Source: Elusimicrobiota bacterium (GTDB lineage Bacteria > Elusimicrobiota > Elusimicrobia > FEN-1173). Taken from it: a DNA stretch of 64,000 nucleotides. The translations under genes and the position numbers were made by a program. Positions 55,501 to 64,000 of this stretch are shown piece by piece. Positions within the stretch are counted from its first letter, which is position 1, and the number at the start of each line of letters is the position of its first letter. The stretch covers positions 129,236 through 193,235 of the forward strand of contig JADKCG010000001.1 in assembly GCA_016714745.1 (NCBI GenBank), in the 5' to 3' direction. Under the pieces are notes generated by a model. That model made no database searches. It was not told the DNA's origin and was given only the letters and a program-made list of their open reading frames with translations.

Positions 55501-55616
55501 TTAGAGGGCACGTTGTCAACCCATTAACCAAACCGGGATTCCCTGGTTGGCCAGAAAAACCCAGAGCAACATATTTCGGGCGAGCCGGAAACAAATAGTA
55601 CAGAGAAGAATTCACT

Positions 55617-55721
55617 GGCAAATCCCCCCTGCCCCCCTTTCAAAAGGGGGGAAAAAACCCGGGTTCAATGGGGCCCCCTTTGGTCCCCCCTTTGAAAAAA
55701 AGGGGTGCGGGGGGATTTGCC
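55617..55721. repeat. roughly 105-bp imperfect palindrome built from G/C and A/T homopolymer blocks; outer arms GGCAAATCCCCCC / GGGGGGATTTGCC
   Basis: ggcaaatcccccctgcccccctttcaaaagggggggaaaaaacccgggttcaatggggccccctttggtcccccctttgaaaaaaaggggtgcggggggatttgcc. The arms are reverse-complementary, with several mismatches between the inner blocks. Confidence 0.7.
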
Positions 55722-55825
55722 GTTCCCAGCGCAATGCCCCCAGGCTGGAATCGCCATCAAAAACTGAAAATAATGCATGCTCAGTCGGGTGCGCCAGGCG
55801 GCTAAAGAGACCCCACACAAGAACC

Positions 55826-55850
55826 TTGCATTATTGATAATCATTTGCAA
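55826..55850 (+). promoter_or_regulatory. Fur-family box-like palindrome (TTGCATTATTGATAATCATTTGCAA) immediately upstream of the fur-family gene
   Basis: The central ATTATTGATAATCATTTGC matches the classical Fur consensus GATAATGATAATCATTATC at 14/19 positions. It ends 10 nt before the ATG at 55861. Confidence 0.45.
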
Positions 55851-55860
55851 CAATAACCCC

Positions 55861-56283
55861 ATGGGGAACATTGCGAACGATCTGAGGTCGGCCCTGGCGC
55901 AGGACGGCAAGCGATGGACGGGAGTGAGGGAAACGGTGCTCTCGGTGTTAGAAAAAAGCGCGTTGCCGATTTCGGCCAAAGACATTTTTAAACAGGTGCG
56001 CTCGAGCGGGGTGAATTTGGCTTCGATCTATCGAACGACCGAAATGCTGGCTGATCGGGGAATCGCCATGCAGGTGGAATCCCGAGACGGCGTCCGCCGA
56101 TATGAATTGTCTGACCGCTATCGGCCGCACCATCACCACGTGGTCTGCCGGGACTGCGGGGAAACGCGGGACGTGTCCGGTTGCGGGGTCAAAGGGTTGG
56201 AAGAGAGAGCCGCGCGTTCGACTGGATTTAAAATTTTGGCGCACCAGTTGAGCTTGACCGGGCTCTGCCCCCGGTGTTCTTGA
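55861..56283 (+). CDS. Fur-family metalloregulator (Zur/Fur)
   Basis: DNA-binding helix region plus an HHHH…C…CG……CPRC metal-binding tail. Confidence 0.8.
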   Translation: MGNIANDLRSALAQDGKRWTGVRETVLSVLEKSALPISAKDIFKQVRSSGVNLASIYRTTEMLADRGIAMQVESRDGVRRYELSDRYRPHHHHVVCRDCGETRDVSGCGVKGLEERAARSTGFKILAHQLSLTGLCPRCS

Positions 56284-57384
56284 AGCATTTTTTTAAACTC
56301 GTAATGCAAACAATTATCAATAAAATTCGGAGATCCACAATGGTTTCGATGTTTCTGCGCTTTTTCAAGAACCGTTTCATTGACAAGAGTCTTTTTTTCG
56401 TTGCGAGGAGAGAGGGGACCTTTTTCTTCTGTTTGATCTTTGGTGTTGGCGTGGGGTTGGGCACGTCCATGAAAATGAATCCTCCCCAAATAGGCGTCGT
56501 GGCCGCTCATAGCATCTTGGGGGATTGGGTTCGCGAAGTGGCGGGGCCGGGGGTCTCGGTGCGGGTGTTTGTCGGGCCGAGCGCTGACGCCCACACCTAC
56601 CAACCGAGCCCGGACGACGTGCGTCTTTTGGCGGACGCCCAGGTTTTGGTGTTCAGCGGGGTCCACTTTGAACCCTGGCTTCCGGACTTGATTCGATCTT
56701 CGCGGACAAAGGCCAGAATGATCGATCTCTCCAACGCGGTTTCTCTGAGACGATTGGCGGGGCCTCATGGCGAAATCGACCCGCATTATTGGAACGACGT
56801 GCGCAATGCCCAATCCGCGATCCCGGGAAGACGCGGTGGTGGCCCTGCTTTCCAACGGCATGTTCGCCTTGGGGTTGGTTTGGATGGCCCGGTTGCGATC
56901 GTTTCGAGACCTGTCCCACATGTTGTTTGGCAACATCCTGGGGGTCTCGTCATTGGACCTTTGGGTCATGGCAGGGGTGGTAACGGTTTTGGCCGCGGCC
57001 CTCCTCCTTTTCAATAAAGAATGGGAACTGGTCTCCTTTGACCCCGTTCAGGCAAAGATGATTGGACTGCCGGTGGAACGAATGCGGTTACTGCTTCTGC
57101 TTCTCCTGGTTCTGGTGGTGGTCGCCGGAATTCAGGTGGTCGGAACGGTGTTGACCGGGGCCCTCCTGATCGCGCCGGCGTCGGCTTCGTTGTTGGTGTG
57201 CCGCCGTCTTTCACGGGTCATGATCCTGTCCTGCGCGGTCGGCGCTCTCGCAGGGATTTTGGGGCTATTGGCGTCCTATCTTTGGTCCCTGCCGTCCGGG
57301 GCGACCATTGTTTTGTTCGGCACGGCGTTTTACGTCATGGCCTGGGGGATTCATATTTTCATGAAAAGAAGGAGACTCTTGTGA
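56274..57384 (+). pseudogene. remnant of a metal ABC transporter: N-terminal lobe of a TroA/ZnuA-like binding protein fused to the C-terminal two-thirds of a ZnuB-like permease; ATPase gene absent
   Basis: The frame of ORF 56274 has hydrophobic leader-like stretches around TFFFCLIFGVGVGLGTS and QIGVVAAHSILG, then a TroA-like N-lobe ending GEIDPHYWNDVRNA, followed by nonsense. ORF 56767..57384 matches ZnuB TM helices 4-8 only. The 1.1-kb span is too short for intact A, C and B genes. Confidence 0.5.
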
Positions 57385-58385
57385 AAAAAAAGAGCACGAA
57401 CAAAACGGAAAATAAATTCGGGGCTGTCTCCCCGGTTTATGTCCTCTGCGGGTTTTTGGGAAGCGGAAAGACAACGCTTTTGATCCGACTTCTCTCGCAT
57501 TTTTTGGACCGCGGGGTGCGTCCATCGGTTTTAATGAACGAGTTTGGGGAAATCGACATTGACGGAAAATTGGTGGAGCAGGCCGGCCCGCGCGCACGCA
57601 ATCTGGTTTTGGAAAAAGTGTTGGGCGGGTGTTTGTGTTGCGACGCCAAAGAGGGGTTGGAAGAGTCATTGGTGAAACTGCTCCAGCGGGCTCCCGGTCA
57701 ACCGGTGGTCGTGGAAACCACCGGTCTCGCGGTCTCCGGAGCGGTCTCGGCAACCGTTGAAAAAACATTGGCGGGCCTTCCCGTCGACGGTCCCCGCGGA
57801 CGGCTGGCCCGGGTGATCGGCCTTGTGGACGCCCCGCGGTTCATCTCCTTGGCCGCCTTTTGGCCCGCGGCGCCATACCATCTGTTGGGGGCCAACGTGG
57901 TTGTCGTCAATAAAATGGATCTCTTGGCGAAGGAGGAGGAAGAAACGTTGTTCGGCGTTCTTGAAAAATCGGCTCCTTCGGCGCGGCTTCTCCCGGCCGT
58001 TCACGCGGAAGTCAATATGAATGAACTCTTGACGGGAAAAACCCGAGAGCTCCCGCCCCCGGACGACTTTCGAGGGGATTCCACCTCCGGGTATCGGAGC
58101 GCCGGGTTCAACGTGTCGGCCCCCGTGGACCTCGCCCGCCTGCAGGCGCTTTTGGAAAGACACCGGCGATCGGTTATTCGCGCCAAGGGGTTTCTTCGTG
58201 TTCCGGGGTTTCCGGAAATGCAGGAAATCCAATGGGCCGGCGGGCTCCTGAATTTTCAGAACGCTTCGGGGCGCCAAAAATCCCAAATCGTCGTGATCGG
58301 CCGCCGAGTGCCCTGGACGGGCTTTATGGAAGGACTGGACGCCTGCGCCCTCTCGCCCCAGCCCTCTGGAAGAAAGAAGACTTGA
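57381..58385 (+). CDS. CobW/COG0523-family GTPase (putative zinc metallochaperone)
   Basis: P-loop CGFLGSGKTT and the CxCC motif (GGCLCCDAK). The GTG start follows AAGGAG and overlaps the upstream TGA. Confidence 0.8.
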   Translation: MKKKSTNKTENKFGAVSPVYVLCGFLGSGKTTLLIRLLSHFLDRGVRPSVLMNEFGEIDIDGKLVEQAGPRARNLVLEKVLGGCLCCDAKEGLEESLVKLLQRAPGQPVVVETTGLAVSGAVSATVEKTLAGLPVDGPRGRLARVIGLVDAPRFISLAAFWPAAPYHLLGANVVVVNKMDLLAKEEEETLFGVLEKSAPSARLLPAVHAEVNMNELLTGKTRELPPPDDFRGDSTSGYRSAGFNVSAPVDLARLQALLERHRRSVIRAKGFLRVPGFPEMQEIQWAGGLLNFQNASGRQKSQIVVIGRRVPWTGFMEGLDACALSPQPSGRKKT

Positions 58386-58421
58386 AATGAAGGCCCGGTT
58401 TTGTTTTATAATGAAAACGGC

Positions 58422-58673
58422 ATGAAACGCATAGCGGCGATATTGGCGGCCCTCTTGATTGGGCTCGGCCCCGTGGCCCACGTGGTTTCTCACGCGGGGG
58501 ACGGGGACCACGACTGTCAGGCCTGTCAGTCGATTCGCTCCCCTTTAACGGGGGCGGCTGTTGCGCTGGCGGTTCGCGCTCACGTTTTTGCCGAGCTTGT
58601 TTTTTCGGGGGAAGTTCCCACCGATTTTGCCCTCGTTTCCGATCCTTCGCGTCCCCGCGCTCCTCCGCTTTAA
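58422..58673 (+). CDS. small exported protein with an HAGDGDHDCQAC metal-ligand-like cluster
   Basis: Signal peptide MKRIAAILAALLIGLGPVAHVVSHA, then a His/Asp/Cys-rich segment. No recognisable family. Confidence 0.35.
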   Translation: MKRIAAILAALLIGLGPVAHVVSHAGDGDHDCQACQSIRSPLTGAAVALAVRAHVFAELVFSGEVPTDFALVSDPSRPRAPPL

Positions 58674-58782
58674 CTTTCCTGGGAAGGCGTCCCGCCTTCC
58701 TTTGGCTGTCCTTGGGGGCGGCCATCCGTATTTCCCAAAAATAGAACTAACGAAGTCCTCCTTTTTTTAAAGGGAGGAAACA

Positions 58783-59284
58783 TGGGGTTTGAAAAAAAAG
58801 TTGAGGGATCAAGGACATTCCTTTTGAGGTTCGCCCGGGGGAGGTGTTCGGCTTTTTAGGAGGCTTCGACTCCGTAGGCAAAGCGACGGAGCCGAACGGG
58901 CGAGGAGTGACAGGGACCATCCCTGAGGCGGTGCGCGGCCTCAACGGCCGCCGGGTGGAAGTGGTGGGCTATGTGATGCCCATTGACATTGACGACAAGG
59001 GGATCCGTTCCTTTTCGCTGATCAAAGACCAGGCGTCTTGCTGTTTCGGTCAGACGCCGCGCATCAATCACTGGGTCTATGTGACCTTAGCGGGGCGGTC
59101 CCTTCGCGAGATTGATTTTGAGCCGAAACGGGTCGTCGGCACCTTGACGGTGGGTGAACATTACGACCAAGGCTATCTGGTGTGTTTGTATCGGATGACG
59201 GGGGAAAATCGTAGAAAAGAACCCCCCTCAGTGATGGAATTTATTTGTTTTCAGTCAAAAACAAAAAGAGGAGATAAAAAATGA
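58783..59284 (+). CDS. DUF3299-domain protein (N-terminus probably frameshifted at an A8 run)
   Basis: VVGYVMPI…SFSLIKDQASCCFGQTPRINHWVYV fits the DUF3299 pattern. The ATG at 58783 is in another frame. Confidence 0.55.
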
Positions 59285-60546
59285 AACAGCAGCAAAGTGT
59301 TGCATGGATGGCGGCCCTATCTGTGCTTCTTGCCCCGGCCGTTGCGGGTGCCCAGAGCAATCCGCTGGGAAGCGCCAAGATGAACCCTGACGTTTCCGCT
59401 ATTGTCGATATGTTCTACACAAACGATGATACGAAAGAAGGGATGGGACACGTCAAAGAAGAGATCGCGGGATTTACCGAAACGCCCGGGGATCGTCGAA
59501 GAAGGTGAGCATGCCCACGGCACCGAGGAGGGGTTCAATCTTCGGCATCTGGAGCTTCAATTCTCCGCCGCTGTGGATCCCTATTTCAAGGGGTCGGCCA
59601 TCGCCGCCGTCGACATGGAAGGCGCCGAGTTGGAAACCGCCGAGGTTGAAACCACTTCTCTCCCCTGGGGGCTGACGGTGAAAGGCGGAAAATTCTACAG
59701 CAACTTCGGCTACATCAACTCCAAACACGCCCATCAGTGGGATTTTACGGACCAGACCCTGGTTTATGAACTTCTGCTCGGCGAACACGGGTTGAACGAC
59801 AAGGGGCTTCAAGTGTCTTGGCTGGCGCCGACGCCGTTCTATATGCTTTTGGGAGCGGAATCTTTCCAGGGGAACAACGAAAAAATGTTTGCCTATCACG
59901 GCGACGGTTCCCTTCCTCGCCACGAGGGGCCCCGGGTCGGGACCGGCTGGCTCAAAGTGTCCCCCAACCTCCCTGGGGCCCATGCTCTGCAGGTCGGCCT
60001 TTTCGCCTCAAAGGCGTCCATCAGGAGGAACTGAGCCTTGACGATTCGGATCCCGGGGCTGACCAATTCCGGGACGGGTACAACGCCTTCCACGGGGCCG
60101 ACCTCATCTACAAATTAAACAGCCCCAAATCCTATGGCCAGAGCGATTTCTTCCTGCAAGGCGAATACATGAAGCGCAAAAAAAACATGGAAATCGTGGA
60201 AGACACTGGTCTGATTCCCGCTGTCGTGGGCACCCACCGCGTGGACGTTCAAGACGGCTACTACGCCCAGGCGGGGTACGGATTTTTGCCCCGGTGGCGG
60301 GCCGCCGCGCGTTGGGAAGAGCTGGGTCTGACGAACAAAACGGACTTGCCCGACGGAACGTCTCTCGTCAACGGGTCGAGCCGCAAATTTTCCGGCATGG
60401 TGGACTTTACGCCCACGGAATTCTCCCGCCTGCGTCTGCAGTTCAATAATGGTTCCTACGCCACGGAGGACGGCCGCATGCACGGTTCGGAGATTTTCTT
60501 GCAGTGGATGGTCTCCATTGGCGCCCACGGTGCGCACTCGTTCTAA
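59281..60546 (+). CDS. outer-membrane beta-barrel (porin-like) protein, two frameshifts
   Basis: Signal peptide MKQQQSVAWMAALSVLLAPAVAGAQS. Alternating amphipathic strands across ORFs 59281/59402/59818. Ends …GAHGAHSF* with the terminal Phe typical of OM barrels. Confidence 0.5.
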
Positions 60547-60633
60547 AAGGGTCCCCCGCCCGCTGTCCCAATAGTTTGAGCCCCTCTCCCGGGCGGGAGT
60601 TGTGAGTCAAAAGAGCGACTTAAGGAGAATGCA

Positions 60634-61543
60634 ATGAAGAAGCTTTTGGCATTGTTCAGCATCCTGTGGTTCGGCGGGCGGGCCTTCTGCCGCGCCTTTG
60701 AAAGTAGTGACCACCACGCCGGACCTGGCGGATCTGGCCCGTCAAGTGGGCGGAGACCGTGTGAAGGTGGATGGCTTGTCCCGAGGGTCCCAGGACCCCC
60801 ATTTCGTCGAAGCGAAACCTTCCTTGATCGTGAAAGTTCGCGACGCGGACCTGTTTGTCCAGACCGGTTTGGACCTCGAGATCGGCTGGGCTCCGCTATT
60901 GATCCAGGGGGCCCGCAATGCTCGCGTGCAACGGGGCGCCAAAGGATTTTTGGATGCGTCGGCTTTCATTCAACCCCTGGAGGTCCCAACCGTCGTGAGC
61001 CGGGCGGCGGGGGACGTTCACCCGGGGGGCAACCCCCACTTCCTCGCCGATCCGCACAATGCGTTGGCGGTGGTGAAAGCCTTGGAGGGAAAACTGGCCG
61101 AGCTGGACCCCGCCGGAGCGGTGGTCTACAAAAAAAATGCCGAGGATTATTCCGCCCGGCTGTCCGCCAAAATCGCTGGCTGGGAAAAACGCATGGCTCC
61201 CGCCAAAGGGGCGCGTTTTGTCAGCTACCACAAAAATATGGTCTATTTTGCTGACCATTTCGGCCTTGTGTCGGATGGACAAATCGAGCCCAAACCGGGA
61301 ATCCCGCCCACGGCCAAACACACGGCGGACCTCATCGCCGTGATGAAAGAACGGCGCACGCCGCTGATCCTCACCAATCCTCATTTCGAGCGGCGCACGC
61401 CCGACTCTTTGGCTCGGGCCACGGGAGCCAGTGTGGTAACGGTGGCGCTCACCCCGGATGCCGTCCCGGAGGCGGCCGATTATATTTCCGCCGTTGAATT
61501 CAACGTCGCCGGCGTTTTTCGGGCGTTAACCCCAAAACAATAA
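60634..61543 (+). CDS. znuA: TroA/ZnuA-family metal-binding lipoprotein (frameshift near 60690)
   Basis: Signal peptide MKKLLALFSILWFGG in the frame of ORF 60634. The mature domain in ORF 60698..61543 has paired His sites (DVHPGGNPHFLADPHN). Confidence 0.7.
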
Positions 61544-61655
61544 ATGACCAGGAGAACCGTCACCAAGGCCAGGGAAATGGGGTTCACCCCCTATGGTGAC
61601 AATCGCCCTGGATCCACCGGGGAATCCTGGTTAAAATAATGTAACCTTTCCGCTT

Positions 61656-62399
61656 ATGGCGCCTCTCATTCAGTTTGACAAGGCCAGTTTGGGGTATGGC
61701 TCGGCGACGGTTCTGCGCGACGTCAGTCTTCGGATTGACGAAGGGGAATCCGTGGGCCTCGTGGGACCGAACGGGTGTGGGAAAACCACATTCCTTCGGG
61801 CGGTATTGGGATTGCTCCCCCCTTTGGCCGGGCGGGTGGACCGCCGAGCGGGGCCGAGGTTCGCCTATGTTCCCCAAGCGGACGAGATGAACCTCCTCTG
61901 GCCGTTAACCGTGAAAGACGTGGTGGAACTTCCCGCCCGGGCGAAACGCTGGGGGGGGCGGGTCGCTGACTCGGACGCCTGCCGGGCGCGGGAAGCCATG
62001 GCGCGCGCTGGCGTGGAGCCGATCGCCGATCAACTTTTGCGCGAGGTCTCGGGCGGACAAAGGCAGAGGGCCGCCCTCGCCCAGGCCCTGGCCCAGGCGC
62101 CGGACGTCTATTTGTTGGACGAGCCCACCAAAGGGTTGGACGTGGTGGCCGAACGGGACCTGTTGGCTCTTGTCGCGGGTTTGTCGGAGGGGGGGAAGAC
62201 GGTTTTTCTGGTCAGCCATTCCCTCCATATTCCCCTCAACCTTTCCAAACGGATCCTCCTCTTTCATCAGGGGGCGGTGATCTCCTCCACGCCGGAGGAT
62301 ATTATTCGATCGAAACGGTTGGAAGAGGTGTACGGGGTGCCTTTCGTCCACATGGAACAAAACGGGCACCGGTGGGTTGTGCCCGAGGGGGTCCGATGA
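61656..62399 (+). CDS. znuC: metal ABC transporter ATP-binding protein
   Basis: Walker A GPNGCGKTT, signature LSGGQRQR, Walker B LLDEP. Confidence 0.8.
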   Translation: MAPLIQFDKASLGYGSATVLRDVSLRIDEGESVGLVGPNGCGKTTFLRAVLGLLPPLAGRVDRRAGPRFAYVPQADEMNLLWPLTVKDVVELPARAKRWGGRVADSDACRAREAMARAGVEPIADQLLREVSGGQRQRAALAQALAQAPDVYLLDEPTKGLDVVAERDLLALVAGLSEGGKTVFLVSHSLHIPLNLSKRILLFHQGAVISSTPEDIIRSKRLEEVYGVPFVHMEQNGHRWVVPEGVR

Positions 62400-63209
62400 G
62401 TTTCCTGGAGTTGCCGTTCATGCGGACCGCTTTCGCCGCGGGTCTTTTCGCGGGCACGGCCCTGTCCGTCATCGGAATCTTCTCGGCGACGAGGAGCGTG
62501 GCTTTTTCCGGATTGGCGGCTTCTCAACTGGCGGCCCTGGGCGGCGTGGTGGGGGTCGTCTTGGGTCTTCATGTTGGCGCGAGCGTTTTCTCCTGGTCTT
62601 TCGTTGTGGCGGGGTTGATGGCCCTGGCCTTTCTGTCGCGCTCCCGAAAAACGTCGGCCGACAGTTGGGTGGCGACCCTCTATGTCCTGGGCGCGGCCCT
62701 GGCGGTCTTGGTGTTGTCCAAATCCCCGCGCGGCGAGAGCGAGGCCCTCGGGGTGTTTTTTTGGAAACATTTTGTCCTTGGGAACCCTGGAAGTGTGGGA
62801 AGCCGGGGCGCTGTTCGTTTTAACCTTGGCGGGCTTGGCGTTGTGGTTCCGTCGGTGGGTATGGCTGGCCTTCGACCCGGTGGGCGCGGAGGTGGCGGGA
62901 CTGCGGGCGGGGCTTTGGAACGGGATCTTCCAGTTTTTCTTTGCGGCGGCCCTCACGCTCTCCATTCACATCTTTGGCGTCTTGTTGTCTTTCGCCTATC
63001 TCATTCTGCCGGCCACCGCCGGCCTCTTGGTCGTTCGGCGACTCCGAAGCCTGGTCATCTTCTGCGTTGTTTCTTCCGCGGTGGTCACGGCAGTGGGATT
63101 TGAACTTTCCTTCCGCTGGGATTTTCCCACAGGCCCCTTCGTCTCCGCTCTCTTGGCCCTCCTGGCCATCGGCGCCCGCCTTTACTCTTGGCGCAGAGGT
63201 GAGGGGTAA
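62396..63209 (+). CDS. znuB: metal ABC transporter permease (frameshift at a T9 run near 62752-62762)
   Basis: MSFLELPFMRTAFAAG… in ORF 62372. The C-terminal helices are in ORF 62682..63209. ATGA overlap with znuC. Confidence 0.75.
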
Positions 63210-63946
63210 AAGGACATTTTTCCCGGCGCGCTTTCGGCCCGCACGGGCTCAATGCGTTTAATTCCGTCTCGGTTCAGCACCAGGCGGATGCGCTCGTAGC
63301 GGGTTTCTCTTTTTGAGGTGAATCGAAGAATCACGTTGACGTGATACACGCGGGCGCCGGGAATTCTTTCACTTCGACCATCTTTTAACGCGTAGAGCGG
63401 TTTCACCGGTTCGTCCATTTTTAACAGGAAATTGCGGAGATTGAATCGGACAATGTCGGTGATGCCGGTTTTCCGTTTATGGAATTTCAAAAATTGGTTT
63501 GGATACAGTGTGATGTCTTTTGTGTAGTGGATCACTTTTTCTGCCCGCCAGGTGTTTTCGATTTCTGTGATATGGTCCCGGTTCCTCAACTGCAGGGCCA
63601 CGGGGTCCACGCGTTTTTCCGGCACGAACCCCACGGCTTCTCGGCAAACCCCCATCTTCTTTCCGGTCAAGGGATCATAGATGGAGGTCGATTGATCGTA
63701 GACATTTTTCGAAAGCCAACTTTGTACGCGGGCCTGGGAGATCGCTTTCATTCGGTCTTTCAGCATATAGCTGAGGACCAATATGACGAAGAAGCCCATC
63801 GACAGCGTGCCATAGACTTTTTGGTAATAAAACGCCACCGCCGTTGCGAACAGCATGGCAAATCCCGCCCCCATGGCGAGCAGAATTTGTTCGAGCCCTC
63901 GATCTCCCTCCCGTTTTCTCACCGTCAAATGCAATACGCTCCCCAT
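63182..63946 (-). CDS. hypothetical membrane protein (may extend beyond the window end)
   Basis: 254-aa ORF with two N-terminal TM helices. No family recognised. Confidence 0.35.
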   Translation of the reverse strand: MGSVLHLTVRKREGDRGLEQILLAMGAGFAMLFATAVAFYYQKVYGTLSMGFFVILVLSYMLKDRMKAISQARVQSWLSKNVYDQSTSIYDPLTGKKMGVCREAVGFVPEKRVDPVALQLRNRDHITEIENTWRAEKVIHYTKDITLYPNQFLKFHKRKTGITDIVRFNLRNFLLKMDEPVKPLYALKDGRSERIPGARVYHVNVILRFTSKRETRYERIRLVLNRDGIKRIEPVRAESAPGKMSFYPSPLRQE

Positions 63947-64000
63947 GAACTTTTTTAAAACGCTCAGCCGGAATACCAGTGTTTCGTTCTCATGGCTTTC

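Noticed and set aside
55617-55721. integron attC site or intrinsic terminator interpretation of the long palindrome
   Set aside because: No R/L core (GTTRRRY) and no downstream T-tract on either strand. Kept only as an unexplained palindrome.
57666-58511. 281-aa minus-strand ORF
   Set aside because: Antisense to the cobW-family GTPase gene.
59474-60537. minus-strand ORFs 59474..59983 and 60115..60537
   Set aside because: Antisense to the outer-membrane barrel gene.
62267-62965. 232-aa minus-strand ORF
   Set aside because: Antisense to znuB/znuC, with a basic low-complexity composition.

Overview
This window is a high-GC (about 60%) bacterial chromosomal segment with roughly 60 genes, mostly housekeeping and envelope functions. 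It is tightly packed, with many ATGA/GTGA start-stop overlaps.

Main gene blocks, in order:
- carB 3' end, an SDR, glutamine-dependent nadE, and a GAF-GAF-ANTAR regulator.
- A DUF1343 (NamZ-like) protein, a SpoU/TrmH methyltransferase, an AI-2E transporter, long-form ispG, a GNAT N-acyl amino-acid-synthase-like gene, a CBS protein plus trxB, and a CBS protein followed by Mycobacterium-type korAB.
- A membrane glycosyltransferase-like gene, a VanW-like gene, a secreted discoidin-like protein, a VanX-like D-Ala-D-Ala dipeptidase, and recQ.
- nrfHA, in which NrfA has five CXXCH motifs and no CXXCK.
- A 1185-aa S8 subtilase with a T9SS-type C-terminal sorting domain, next to an outer-membrane beta-barrel gene.
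- proA, nadD, yqeK and lytR, then a pilT-pilT(pilU)-cNMP/GAF module inserted before rsfS-argS, followed by a PilZ protein.
- A biotin operon, bioB-[FabG-like]-[FabF/B-like KAS]-bioF-bioD-bioA, with a BirA-box-like operator upstream.
- A low-GC island encoding a roughly 1370-aa membrane protein, flanked by a repeated 20-bp motif.
- A DUF1573 protein and a cyclophilin followed by a terminator, then type-B sdhCAB.
- A zinc-homeostasis island: a Fur/Zur-family regulator behind a Fur-box-like palindrome, a decayed metal ABC transporter remnant, cobW, a small Cys/His exported protein, a DUF3299 protein, an outer-membrane porin-like barrel, and znuACB.

The dominant technical observation is that at least 20-25 genes are broken by single-base indels in homopolymer runs. 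This looks like sequencing or assembly error rather than gene decay, so CDS coordinates are given as gene spans and not as exact reading frames.

The most interesting biology is the bio operon with its own ketoacyl synthase and ketoreductase pair (a candidate non-canonical pimelate branch), the Zur-island composition, and the T9SS-cargo protease next to the barrel protein. No CRISPR, rRNA or tRNA was found.
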